A stretch of DNA of 61,700 nucleotides, filler included. It is 7 parts of 7 records of this genome, joined end to end, with 100 filler letters (N's around TTAATTAATTAA, not from the genome) between each part and the next. Parts side by side here need not be neighbours in the genome. Positions count along the whole stretch, not along the records: positions 1 to 8,735 come from SRR20825010_5585; positions 8,836 to 14,314 come from SRR20825010_5587; positions 14,415 to 18,069 come from SRR20825010_5588; 4 more parts are not named here. One strand, written 5' to 3'. The translations under genes and the position numbers were made by a program. Under the pieces are notes generated by a model. It was not told the origin of the DNA. It worked only from the letters and a program-made list of their open reading frames with translations, and made no database searches. The stretch's first letter is position 1. Each line of letters begins with the position of its first letter. This document shows positions 6,400 through 15,543 of the stretch, one piece after another.

Positions 6400-8382
6400 C
6401 TAAAACCGTTTTTTATGAACCTGATCACCCTCTTTGTTGTAATAGCGCCAAGTGCCCACTTGCTCATCATTGCGGAAACGGCCACGGATTTTTTGGGTGC
6501 CGTCGGGATAGAATGCTTCGTAACGACCGTGCTTTAGGCCATCCTTTAAATCCACCTGAAACCGAATGTTCCCGTTGGCATATTTTTTACTAAAGGACTT
6601 GGCATTCAAATCATTGGGGTAAATGGGCCTTAAATCAAAAACCGCATCAGTGATTTCTGTGGATGCTGTACTTTGATTTGTGGTCACAACTTCAGTCTCG
6701 GGTTGGGCCATATCCATCGCCTTTTTCACCTCTTTCACATCCTGATAATTGAGCACCAATATGCTTTCAAACAAGTCATCTTCTGGGGACAATTGCAATC
6801 CTACTTGGGGGAAGCAGATAATAAAATCCTTGTTCTTCCGCATTTTTTGTTTGGTAGATGCATCGGCCAGAGCGTACATATTATCAAACAACAAAGGCAC
6901 ATTGCTGTAAACAAACACCGTGGACTCTGAATCGAATTGTTCATCAAAATTTTTGAACTCCTCCGAAGTCGCCAGGATATCGCCCTCCGATACTTTATCA
7001 ATTATACCCTTTAGGGTATTGGGACTGTCACTAAAAATCACAAAGTCATCAATTTGGGTAAAGTAAGGTTTGTCAAACTCATCAAACCTACCGCCCAACA
7101 ACATCTTAAAGAAACCCTTGATGGACAAAAAGTTGATTTCATAATCCTTATAGTTGACCGCCTTGAACTTTACAGGCGTCTTTTTACGGATCTGCTCCAC
7201 CACAAAATCCAAATTGGTCTTGGCATCTTCCGCATCATTGGCTTTGAGCACCAGCGCCACATCATTTTTACCTTTAGTAATGTGGGATTTAATCTGAAGC
7301 ACGCCAATTTCGTCACCAATCCAACTTACAAAATTCTCTTTTACATCAATCTTTAGGAATTTTTCCACTTTGGCAATTCCCTTTTGATAGCTCTCGAACT
7401 GTTCGGGATCGTTCTGCTGGACCATCTCAAAATTCTTGTAGAACTCAGAAAAACTATCAAATCCATAGCTGATATAAAGTGCCGTGCTGTTCGGCGCCAC
7501 TTGGGGAATGGAGCGTTCCGCGGTGCCCGATTTTTGCAACGCCTCCAAATAGTATTCGTTTACGGCGCTAATGTTGGTGTATCCATTGGCGGTCAATGTG
7601 CTGTTCTCGTCCAAATCAAAATAAAATCCAGAGAACAAAAAGTTTTCACTTACACGGTTTACCCAATCGGAAGGTTTATCGGAATACATTTTAACGTAAT
7701 CATCAAAATAATGGTATTGCACATACATTCGGAAGAGATCTTCGTGGCCCACTTTTCGGTTGATTTCCAAAAAATTAAGGTTTCGGCCAAGCACAGGTTC
7801 CTCATACTGATCTATGGAAGCCTCTACCAAGGTGTGGGTATACGAGGCCACCAACTGGTTTTTGATGAAGGCCAGATACATCGTTTCCTTGCTCTCACGA
7901 TTGTGCACTTCTAAAATCTCGTGTTCGTGGTAAATCCGTTTGCTCAGCACATAGCCATCGTCCAGTAAAGTGTTCAAATAGGTTTTGAGCAGTTGCAGTT
8001 TGGCAATGCGCTTCAAATCCAGCACGTAGAAAATTCCATAATCCTTCGGGGAAATCATATGGATGGAAATGAACAGGGAACGATTATCGAAAAACTCGAA
8101 CAACTTGTGGTTATCATTGAAAATCGTATCCACCTTTTGAATGTTCTCGGTAAGCTCTGAAAAATAATCGTTCTTTTTGAGGTGGTGCCAACCTTCACTT
8201 TGGCTGACTTTTTCCCAACTTTCCACGGGCTGTTCCGATTCAATAATGAAAACTGCATCCTTCGGAATCAGATAAATGGACTGAAGATTGGTCTTGGGAG
8301 ATAGAATAAAAATATAGGCCAAATAGCACAAGTACAGCACAAACAGGCCCAACAAACCGAAAAGAATCCTTTTTTTGGTCAT
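6400..8382 (-). CDS. Membrane-anchored DUF3352-like protein with C-terminal MORN-variant repeats
   Basis: 660 aa; N-terminal TM helix; SWIGDEI segment; C-terminus YANGNIRF..KDGLKHGRYEAFYPDG..GTWRYYNKEG. Confidence 0.65.
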   Translation of the reverse strand: MTKKRILFGLLGLFVLYLCYLAYIFILSPKTNLQSIYLIPKDAVFIIESEQPVESWEKVSQSEGWHHLKKNDYFSELTENIQKVDTIFNDNHKLFEFFDNRSLFISIHMISPKDYGIFYVLDLKRIAKLQLLKTYLNTLLDDGYVLSKRIYHEHEILEVHNRESKETMYLAFIKNQLVASYTHTLVEASIDQYEEPVLGRNLNFLEINRKVGHEDLFRMYVQYHYFDDYVKMYSDKPSDWVNRVSENFLFSGFYFDLDENSTLTANGYTNISAVNEYYLEALQKSGTAERSIPQVAPNSTALYISYGFDSFSEFYKNFEMVQQNDPEQFESYQKGIAKVEKFLKIDVKENFVSWIGDEIGVLQIKSHITKGKNDVALVLKANDAEDAKTNLDFVVEQIRKKTPVKFKAVNYKDYEINFLSIKGFFKMLLGGRFDEFDKPYFTQIDDFVIFSDSPNTLKGIIDKVSEGDILATSEEFKNFDEQFDSESTVFVYSNVPLLFDNMYALADASTKQKMRKNKDFIICFPQVGLQLSPEDDLFESILVLNYQDVKEVKKAMDMAQPETEVVTTNQSTASTEITDAVFDLRPIYPNDLNAKSFSKKYANGNIRFQVDLKDGLKHGRYEAFYPDGTQKIRGRFRNDEQVGTWRYYNKEGDQVHKKRF

Positions 8383-8455
8383 TTTTCCAAAAAGTGTCTT
8401 TTTCTAGAACGAAGAAGATTTCGTTTTAGTTTAGACCGAGAAAAGGAATCTTAAA

Positions 8456-8734
8456 TTATAATGATTTTAAATCCTTGATGGTTTTGAAAGCAACGTCTAC
8501 CTGTTCATCGTTCACCAAAATGGTAAACTCATTGGTCGTAGAGATGACCTCGTAGAGAACAATGCCTTCCCAAGCCAATCGCTGAAAGATGAAGTAGTAG
8601 ATTCCAGGAACCGAGACGTTCTCTGCGGGCAACTTCACGGTAATGGAGGACAGCCCCTCCGCTTTTTGTGTGCAGCGTTCCATTTTAAAGTACTTCTCCA
8701 CTACACCATCCATCACATTGCTGATCACAATATT
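8456..8734 (-). CDS. ACT-domain protein (aspartate kinase regulatory-like), C-terminal fragment
   Basis: LSSITVKLP..VPGIYYFIFQRLAWEGI..EVISTTNEFTILV resembles an ACT fold; truncated by the linker. Confidence 0.7.
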   Translation of the reverse strand, partial: NIVISNVMDGVVEKYFKMERCTQKAEGLSSITVKLPAENVSVPGIYYFIFQRLAWEGIVLYEVISTTNEFTILVNDEQVDVAFKTIKDLKSL

Positions 8735-8735
8735 G

Positions 8736-8835
8736 NNNNNNNNNNNNNNNNNNNNNNNNNNNNNNNNNNNNNNNNNNNNTTAATTAATTAANNNNNNNNN
8801 NNNNNNNNNNNNNNNNNNNNNNNNNNNNNNNNNNN
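8736..8835. other. Artificial contig linker
   Basis: 44 N + TTAATTAATTAA (six-frame stop) + 44 N; composition shifts across it. Confidence 0.99.
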
Positions 8836-9310
8836 AGCGAACAAGCGAATCCGTCACATCCCGAGTGTAGGGCGTCAGCACGCTGACTTTCTTTATCCCC
8901 AAAGCGCCAAAGGCATCAACGGCCGCAGAACTGGGCGTCACACAGGGCGTGCCCGGTTTTGCGCTGTTCATGTGTTCGGCAACCTTGTCGTTCCCCAGAA
9001 CCACAGAGGCCGCCGTACACCCATAGACCAGGACGTCCAGTGGTTCATCTGGCAGGATGTTCGCCGCCGCCGCCGCCAGACGCGGTCCGGTCCGCAGCAG
9101 GCTTTCGTGGGTCGTCGGATTTTCAAACCCGATGCGGTTGACGTAAACGCCGACCTGCTGGCGATGCAATACGCGCGCAAAATCCGCTTCCGTTGTGTGG
9201 TCCGTGGCCAGCACCACCAGCCCGATCCGCTTTGCGATTGCTTTTGCATCAAGCCTGGCTGTCACGGAGGAAATGGAGGATTGGACATCCAGCGTCACGG
9301 CGCCGCTCAC
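8836..9310 (-). CDS. eutA: Ectoine utilisation protein EutA (Asp/Glu racemase, maleate isomerase family), 3'-truncated
   Basis: RIGLVVLATDHTTE, YGCTAAS, VLTPY; the GTG start overlaps the usp stop (GTGA); operon context. Confidence 0.85.
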
Positions 9311-9744
9311 ACAACAAGTACCGGACATTTCGAGAGGCTTGTCACTTTGTGAGAGACACTCCCCAGCAAGAACCCCTCGATCGACCCCATGCCACGGCTG
9401 CCCATAACAATCAGGTCATTCTTATGCTCTTGCGAAAAGCTGACGATTGTCCGGGCCGTGGGACCCCCTTTGACAAAGGCTCTGATCTTTTCGCAGCCGC
9501 TTTCGCGCGCAATGGAAGCGCCGCGCTCGGCGACCTCCTTGGCATGCGTCTTCATGATCTCGTCAACATCGTCGGGTTTTTCCGCGTCATTCACATACAT
9601 GGATCCTTCCAGCACGGAATGGTGTCGATAAAGTGTCAGAACTGTCAGTTCCGCACCACTTAGCTTTGCCAGTTCCGCCCCTTTGCGCAACGCGGATTGC
9701 GATCCTTCGGAACCATCAAAGGCGATCAGTATTGATTTGAACAT
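9307..9744 (-). CDS. Universal stress protein (TeaD/Usp-type, TRAP-associated)
   Basis: ILIAFDGSEGS, DLIVMGSRG, LGSVSHKV, CPVLVV. Confidence 0.93.
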   Translation of the reverse strand: MFKSILIAFDGSEGSQSALRKGAELAKLSGAELTVLTLYRHHSVLEGSMYVNDAEKPDDVDEIMKTHAKEVAERGASIARESGCEKIRAFVKGGPTARTIVSFSQEHKNDLIVMGSRGMGSIEGFLLGSVSHKVTSLSKCPVLVV

Positions 9745-9757
9745 ATCCGTGCTCCGT

Positions 9758-11044
9758 TTACTTGGCGAAGGCGACGTCGCGCAGGAACAGCGCGATCTGC
9801 GGGAAGAAGATCATCAAGACCGAGACACTCAGAAGCATGACCACGAAGGGCGGGGTGCCGCGGATCACGTCCAGATAGGGGCGTTTAAAGACCGCAACGG
9901 CTGTGAAGATATCGCATCCAAACGGCGGCGTGGCCGAACCGATGGCGGCCTGCAATGTGATCAGCGTGCCCACAAGGATCGGATCAAGACCCGTCTTTTC
10001 AACCACCGGCGCAAAGATCGGGACAAAGATCAGGATGACCACGATCGGATCAACAAACATGCAGCCAATGAAAAAGGCGATGGCAATGGTGAAGAGCACA
10101 CCGATCTGCCCCATCTCATCAACACCGATCGCGCTTAGGATCTGCTGCGGAATTTGCGCAAAGGACAGCACCCAGGCAAAGGCCGCCCCTGCGCCGACAA
10201 GGATAAAGACCACAGCCGTGACCATGCCCGTCGACAGGGCGACATGGTACAAATCCGTTATCTTCATCGTGCGGAAAATAAATGTCTCAAGGATAACCGC
10301 ATAGGCCACGCTGATCGCAGCGGCTTCGGTCGGGCTGAAGATGCCGAAAAAGATGCCGCCAATGATCAGAACCGGGAACCCGAGCGGCCACAGGGCGCGT
10401 CTCACCGAAGTGAGCCGTTCGCTCCAGCTGGCCTTTGGTTCGGTCGGGACGTTGTTAATCTTTGCATAGACCATGCTGTAAATCGAAAACATGAACAGGA
10501 TCAGCAATCCGGGGCCGAGGCCCGCGATGAACAGCTCGGGGATCGAGGCTTTGGCTACGACACCATAGATGATCATGCCGATACTGGGCGGGATCAGAAA
10601 GGCGATGTCACTTGAGTTGACGATCAGGGCCAGCACGAACGAGTCCTTGTAGCCGCCTTTCAGCATCCGTGGTCTCAGCGGCGTGCCGACGGCCACAACT
10701 GTGGCCTGGGTGGAGCCCGAGACGGCCCCGAACAATGCGCATGCCGAAGCTGTACTGACAGCCAGACCACCCCGGATGTGCCGGATAAAGGCCATCACCA
10801 TGTCGATCAGCCGCCCGGCAGATTCCCCGCGCGTCATGACGTCGGCGGCGAGGATGAACATCGGCACAGCGATCAGCGAGGAGGGCCGGATACCCCCCAG
10901 CATCTGCTGGATCATGAATTCGGTTTTGTCGATCGTGCCAAATAGTTCGATAACGCCGATAAACGCCCCGGCTATCAGCGGAACCATCATCGGAAAGCCC
11001 ATAAGCAGAAGCACGATCATCACGGAAAACATCACGAGTGCCAT
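9758..11044 (-). CDS. uehC: TRAP transporter large permease (ectoine/hydroxyectoine, UehC/TeaC)
   Basis: DctM motifs AVPMFIL, LIPPSI, FSPTEAAA and TPPFG. Confidence 0.9.
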   Translation of the reverse strand: MALVMFSVMIVLLLMGFPMMVPLIAGAFIGVIELFGTIDKTEFMIQQMLGGIRPSSLIAVPMFILAADVMTRGESAGRLIDMVMAFIRHIRGGLAVSTASACALFGAVSGSTQATVVAVGTPLRPRMLKGGYKDSFVLALIVNSSDIAFLIPPSIGMIIYGVVAKASIPELFIAGLGPGLLILFMFSIYSMVYAKINNVPTEPKASWSERLTSVRRALWPLGFPVLIIGGIFFGIFSPTEAAAISVAYAVILETFIFRTMKITDLYHVALSTGMVTAVVFILVGAGAAFAWVLSFAQIPQQILSAIGVDEMGQIGVLFTIAIAFFIGCMFVDPIVVILIFVPIFAPVVEKTGLDPILVGTLITLQAAIGSATPPFGCDIFTAVAVFKRPYLDVIRGTPPFVVMLLSVSVLMIFFPQIALFLRDVAFAK

Positions 11045-11046
11045 CG

Positions 11047-11619
11047 TTAAAGCTCCAATTCCAATTCCTGCGCATCCGCCTCGCGCAGGTCGGTTGCCAG
11101 GTAGATTTCAGGTTCCTGAAGATTGCGCAGAAAGGTCAGCGCGTATTGAATGCCCGTCACAAAAAGGCCAATCGGCACCCAAAGATAGCTGATATAGATC
11201 GGTATCCCGAGCGCCGGATAAACCCGCCCCTTGGCCTGCAGGCTGATGATGTATTGCACCGCATACCAGGCGAGAACCAGCAGCAGAACGGCGGTCACCG
11301 CAGTGATGATGATGATCAGGATTTTTCTGGCCCGCTCCGGCAGCGCATCGGAGATTGCGGACATCCGGATATGCCGCCCATGGCGTGCCGCGTAACCAAT
11401 TCCGGCAAAGGTCACCAACAGGATGAAGATGCTGTTCAGCTCTTCGGCAAAGATGATGGAATGGTTGAATACGAACCTGCTGACCACATTGGCGATGGTG
11501 TTGATTGCCATCAGGATCACGCCGGTCGCCATGATGATCCGTTCGAGCGCGGCGATGCCGCTGTCGATGGTATCAATAATACCGGCCAATCCCGCCCGTT
11601 TTTGCGTCGTATTGCTCAT
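11047..11619 (-). CDS. uehB: TRAP transporter small permease (UehB/TeaB)
   Basis: Four TM segments, AEELN and RHGRHIRM; GGGGAG RBS before the ATG at 11619. Confidence 0.88.
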   Translation of the reverse strand: MSNTTQKRAGLAGIIDTIDSGIAALERIIMATGVILMAINTIANVVSRFVFNHSIIFAEELNSIFILLVTFAGIGYAARHGRHIRMSAISDALPERARKILIIIITAVTAVLLLVLAWYAVQYIISLQAKGRVYPALGIPIYISYLWVPIGLFVTGIQYALTFLRNLQEPEIYLATDLREADAQELELEL

Positions 11620-11693
11620 GGTTACTCCCCGCGGACATGTGCCGACTTGGTGGCACGCCCCGTTCTTGCATTTCGAGCCTGTCAGTAAAGTCG

Positions 11694-11726
11694 TTGCGGG
11701 CCCGGACATCCGGTCTGGGCCCGCAA
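11694..11726. other. Intercistronic stem-loop between uehA and uehB
   Basis: TTGCGGGCCCGGAC / GTCTGGGCCCGCAA inverted repeat with no clear U-tract. Confidence 0.6.
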
Positions 11727-11766
11727 TTGGCCGATTTCCGGCGCGCGATGCGCCCGATTTGGCAAA

Positions 11767-12786
11767 TTACTGCTGGGCTGCAGCCAGGTCTTTCTTCATC
11801 TGCTCCAGGATCGCCGCGCCACGCTCGCCTGCACGTTCCACGAACGCCTCCTCAACCGCTTTCGCGCGCTCCTTGAAGGCTTCGCGTTCTTCCTCGGTCA
11901 GCCGAACGATGGTGTAGTCGGGGTTGGTTTCCTTGATCTTGGCCAGACCGGTTGCATCCAGCTCGACCGCGACATCTAGGATATAGTCATGTGCTGCCTG
12001 GGATGCGTTCTGAACCAGTTCTTTGTCCTCGTCGCTCAGCCCGTCATAAAAGTCGGCATTGGCCATGACCGCAGTGGTATATTGACCGTGGCCTGTATAG
12101 GTCATCACCTTGGTCAGGTTGTCGAGCCCATAGGCTTCGATCCAGATGGCCGGGTTTTCCTGCCCGTCAACCATGTTGGTTTTCAACGCGCCGATCAGTT
12201 CGCCCCATGCCATGGCAATCGGCGATGCGCCGAAGGCGGTATAGGTTTCCAGCAGCAGCGGCGATGTCATGGTGCGGATTTTCATCCCTTCCAGATCCTC
12301 GGGCGTGCGGAACTCTTCCATCGTTGTGACAACCTGTTCGCCTTCAGGGAATACCGCCAGAAGCTCAAGACCCTGCTCACGATAGATGCCATGGAACATT
12401 TCGTTGATGGCGACGCTTTCCTTGAAGAATTTGCGTACCACCTCAGGGTCCGTCGGCTGGATATAGGGAACCAGGAACGCCTCGGCTTCGGGGATCAAAG
12501 CGCCGGTGAAGCCGGGTGATTGGTCGATGAACTGCAGCAGACCGGCTTGGGCCTGTTCCATGGCGTCAGCGGATTCGCCGAGCGAGCCAACTGGATAGAT
12601 CTGCACTGTATGGTCAGAATTGGCTTCGATTTCTTCTTTGAATTTGGTTGCAAACAATCCTTGCGGATCTGTCAGACCTTCTTCCATGGCATAGCGCCAG
12701 TTGTCGGCATGTGCCATGCCTCCCATCAGCAACGCCGCCATCAGCGGGGCGCACATGCGCAACGTCGTGCGTGCGATTACAGTCAT
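11767..12786 (-). CDS. uehA: TRAP substrate-binding protein (UehA/TeaA)
   Basis: Signal peptide ending AHA-DNWRYA; DctP motifs EDLEGMKIRTM and VDGQENP. Confidence 0.9.
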   Translation of the reverse strand: MTVIARTTLRMCAPLMAALLMGGMAHADNWRYAMEEGLTDPQGLFATKFKEEIEANSDHTVQIYPVGSLGESADAMEQAQAGLLQFIDQSPGFTGALIPEAEAFLVPYIQPTDPEVVRKFFKESVAINEMFHGIYREQGLELLAVFPEGEQVVTTMEEFRTPEDLEGMKIRTMTSPLLLETYTAFGASPIAMAWGELIGALKTNMVDGQENPAIWIEAYGLDNLTKVMTYTGHGQYTTAVMANADFYDGLSDEDKELVQNASQAAHDYILDVAVELDATGLAKIKETNPDYTIVRLTEEEREAFKERAKAVEEAFVERAGERGAAILEQMKKDLAAAQQ

Positions 12787-12865
12787 ACTGTTCTCCCAGT
12801 TATCATTTGTTCAGTTTGCGATATCACATCAGTTTCCGAACATTGAACTGTGAGTCAATTTATTT

Positions 12866-12881
12866 ATTGTTGTGGGACAAT
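12866..12881. promoter_or_regulatory. Putative EnuR operator upstream of uehA
   Basis: ATTGT-N6-ACAAT inverted repeat beside a minus-strand TTGACT (12853-12858); related box at 14271-14284. Confidence 0.6.
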
Positions 12882-12882
12882 C

Positions 12883-14277
12883 CTAAGAAGCGAACTGCGG
12901 AAGCGGCTCGCGCGGGCGCGACAGCAAGGCGGCCAGCAGTCTGAGCGCCTGTCGAAAACGGTCTGCGTCACGAATGCTGCCCAAAGAAACTCGCACGGCA
13001 TTTCTGGGTGCGGATTTGGGCGCAAGGAACGGGGACTCCGGTGACACAGCCACATTCAATTGCCGGGCATGGGAACTGAAGGAGGTCGAATCCCAGTCCG
13101 GCGGGAGTTGCAACCAAAGATGCAGCCCGGACGGATGACCCTTCCAATTGAATCTGGAAAGCTCCTGTGACGCAATGCTGTATCGCTTTTCAAGCTCCAC
13201 CCGCTGCCAATCTGCCAGCGCCTGCGCTGTGCCGTCTTCCACCCAGCGCGACGCCAGTTCGCAGATCAGTGGGGTCGCCATCCAGCCAAAGACCATCAGC
13301 CGGGCCGTTATCGCCGGTAACAGGTGGTCCGGCGCGACAGCATAGCCCGCACGCAACCCGCTGACCGTGCATTTTGTGAAACTCGTCAGATAGATCGAAA
13401 GTTCGGGCGCGAATTGCGAAACCGGCGTCTGGCGATCCAGCGCGACCGGGCCGAACACGTCGTTCTCAATTATGTACAACCCGTGTCGGCGCGCAATTTC
13501 CGCAATCTGCCGACGTCGTTCGTCGGGCATCATATGCACATTGGGATTGGCCAAAGATGGTAGCAGATACAAGGCCTTGGGTGAAAACTCTGCACAGGCT
13601 TTCTCCAATTCACCGGGCAGAATACCATGCTCATCAGTTTCCAGGCCAATATGGCGATATCCAAAATATGCCGCGCTCGAAACCAAAAGATGGTGGGTTA
13701 CCATGTCCGACAGGATGACATCACCGGGGCGCAGGACTGCAGACAGTGCGGCAGACAAGCCGTGCGTTACCCCATTCGTCATCAAAACCGTTTCAGGGCG
13801 CGTTTCGAGGCCACATGCCGATAGCCATTTGACACCGATCTTCCGGTGCCTTTCGTGGCCGATATTGGGCCGCGTCGAAAGGTAAAGCGCTGGGTCAAGA
13901 TCGGCTTGCATCGCTTTCAGAGTCGACTGCATCGCGTCGACATGCATGCGATTGAACAATGGCCGTGAAATGGACATATCAAACAGGGTTTCCGGTTCGG
14001 ATTCCAGCTTGAAGGGCTGTTCCTCGGACTTGACTGAGTCCACGACATAGCTGCCGCGTCCAATCTGACCGTCTATCAGGTTCTGGCGGCGCAGGATGTC
14101 ATAGGCCTTGCTGACGGTATTCACGCTCAGCTTCAGATCATCGGCCAGCCGTCGATGCGTTGGTAATTTCCCTCCATGTGACAGCCGACCGTCATAGATT
14201 GCATCAGCAATGGTCTGAGCAAGGCTGGTGTGCAGCGGGGACTTGAGCGAATCTCGGGAGGGCAACCAATTTGTCAT
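12883..14277 (-). CDS. enuR: MocR/GabR-family PLP-dependent regulator of ectoine utilisation
   Basis: GntR wHTH (LPTHRRLADDL..VSKAY) plus aminotransferase domain (ENDVFG, SFTK, GLRAGY); heads the ueh-usp-eutA cluster. Confidence 0.88.
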   Translation of the reverse strand: MTNWLPSRDSLKSPLHTSLAQTIADAIYDGRLSHGGKLPTHRRLADDLKLSVNTVSKAYDILRRQNLIDGQIGRGSYVVDSVKSEEQPFKLESEPETLFDMSISRPLFNRMHVDAMQSTLKAMQADLDPALYLSTRPNIGHERHRKIGVKWLSACGLETRPETVLMTNGVTHGLSAALSAVLRPGDVILSDMVTHHLLVSSAAYFGYRHIGLETDEHGILPGELEKACAEFSPKALYLLPSLANPNVHMMPDERRRQIAEIARRHGLYIIENDVFGPVALDRQTPVSQFAPELSIYLTSFTKCTVSGLRAGYAVAPDHLLPAITARLMVFGWMATPLICELASRWVEDGTAQALADWQRVELEKRYSIASQELSRFNWKGHPSGLHLWLQLPPDWDSTSFSSHARQLNVAVSPESPFLAPKSAPRNAVRVSLGSIRDADRFRQALRLLAALLSRPREPLPQFAS

Positions 14278-14284
14278 GCGACAA
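14271..14284. promoter_or_regulatory. Putative autoregulatory operator overlapping the enuR start codon
   Basis: TTGTC-ATGC-GACAA palindrome with the same TTGT-N6-ACAA spacing as 12866-12881. Confidence 0.55.
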
Positions 14285-14314
14285 TATTGTTCAATCAACC
14301 GGACCATACAAGGG

Positions 14315-14414
14315 NNNNNNNNNNNNNNNNNNNNNNNNNNNNNNNNNNNNNNNNNNNNTTAATTAATTAANNNNNNNNNNNNNNNNNNNNNNNNNNNNNN
14401 NNNNNNNNNNNNNN
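14315..14414. other. Artificial contig linker
   Basis: 44 N + TTAATTAATTAA + 44 N. Confidence 0.99.
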
Positions 14415-14791
14415 AATTCGCCAAAGAACGGCTGCACGTCGCGGATCTGGGTCTGGCCCTTTGATCCGGCGGTCGAGTAGCGCACGTGCCCGATGGCCAG
14501 TTGGCCGGGCAGCGTGTCCATCAGCGACTGACGGGTGAAGTTGTCGCGCACATAGCCGAACCGGCGGGCGGAGTTAAATCCGCCCAAGTCGGGATGGTAG
14601 GCGACGATGCCACCGGCCTCTTGCCCGCGATGTTGCAGGGCGTGGAGGCCAAGGGCTACGAAGTTCGCCGCGTCGGCTACGCCGACGACGCCGAAGATAC
14701 CGCACTCTTCCTTGAGTTTGTCGTCGTTGTCCGGATCGCGGACCGCGTCGAAGTCAAAAGGATGGGCGGGAGGAAATATGGCGTCGGGCAA
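14415..14791 (-). CDS. purF: Amidophosphoribosyltransferase, N-terminal fragment
   Basis: Propeptide, then EECGIFG, LQHRGQEAGG and GHVRYSTAG; TTG start inferred from a GGAG RBS. Confidence 0.93.
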
Positions 14792-14913
14792 GGGGGCAGC
14801 TCCGAATCCGTTGTGCATGTGCAGCATGGTGTAGTGCCCGAGGGCACGAATGTCACGAAACGATTACATCATTTAGTCAGAGCGCGATGCCATGTGTTTC
14901 GGCCTGCGTTTTA

Positions 14914-15471
14914 TTACGGGGCGTCGCAGACACTGACCAGTTGTTCGTATTGTGCGGTGATCCAGCCAAGCGCCTGTTCGGGGTTCTGTTCCTCGATCCG
15001 GTCGGTGAACTGGGAAAACACCGCCGCAGAGCGCGAGTCGTCGATCATCGTGATGTCCTGTGCGGTGATCACGGTCTCGTAGACGAAAAAGGCGATGGCC
15101 ACGAGCAGGATGCCGCGCGCCACGCCAAAGAAGAAGCCAAGCGCCTGATCCAGCCCACCCAGCGCCGAGCGTTTGATGATGGACGAAAACAGCGGGGTGA
15201 ACAGGGAGACCACCACCAGCGCGACGGTAAAGATCGCCGCGAAGCTGGCGATCACGGCCAGTTCGCAGCTGTCGGCGAGAAATTCGCCGATGACGGGGAT
15301 TTCCTTGACCAGCGGTTGCACCTGATCGGCGAAGAGAAAGGCCACCACGGCGGCCACGACCCAGCCCAGAATGGCCATCGTCTCACGCACCAGCCCGCGT
15401 GAGTAGGCCAGCAGGGCCGATAGCAGAATGATGACGCCCACCACGCCGTCAACGATTGTAAACCCGTCCAT
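14914..15471 (-). CDS. cvpA: CvpA family (colicin V production) protein
   Basis: RGLVRE and LDQALGFFFGVARG; radA-cvpA-purF synteny. Confidence 0.92.
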   Translation of the reverse strand: MDGFTIVDGVVGVIILLSALLAYSRGLVRETMAILGWVVAAVVAFLFADQVQPLVKEIPVIGEFLADSCELAVIASFAAIFTVALVVVSLFTPLFSSIIKRSALGGLDQALGFFFGVARGILLVAIAFFVYETVITAQDITMIDDSRSAAVFSQFTDRIEEQNPEQALGWITAQYEQLVSVCDAP

Positions 15472-15543
15472 CTGCCTCACTCGCCTCTTGTCGCCTGGCC
15501 GCGCGCGGCCCGTGTTCTGCCTGTCATAGCGGTTCTGCCGGGT

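Noticed and set aside
8780-8791. TTAATTAATTAA as a biological repeat
   Set aside because: It is an artificial six-frame stop spacer flanked by N runs
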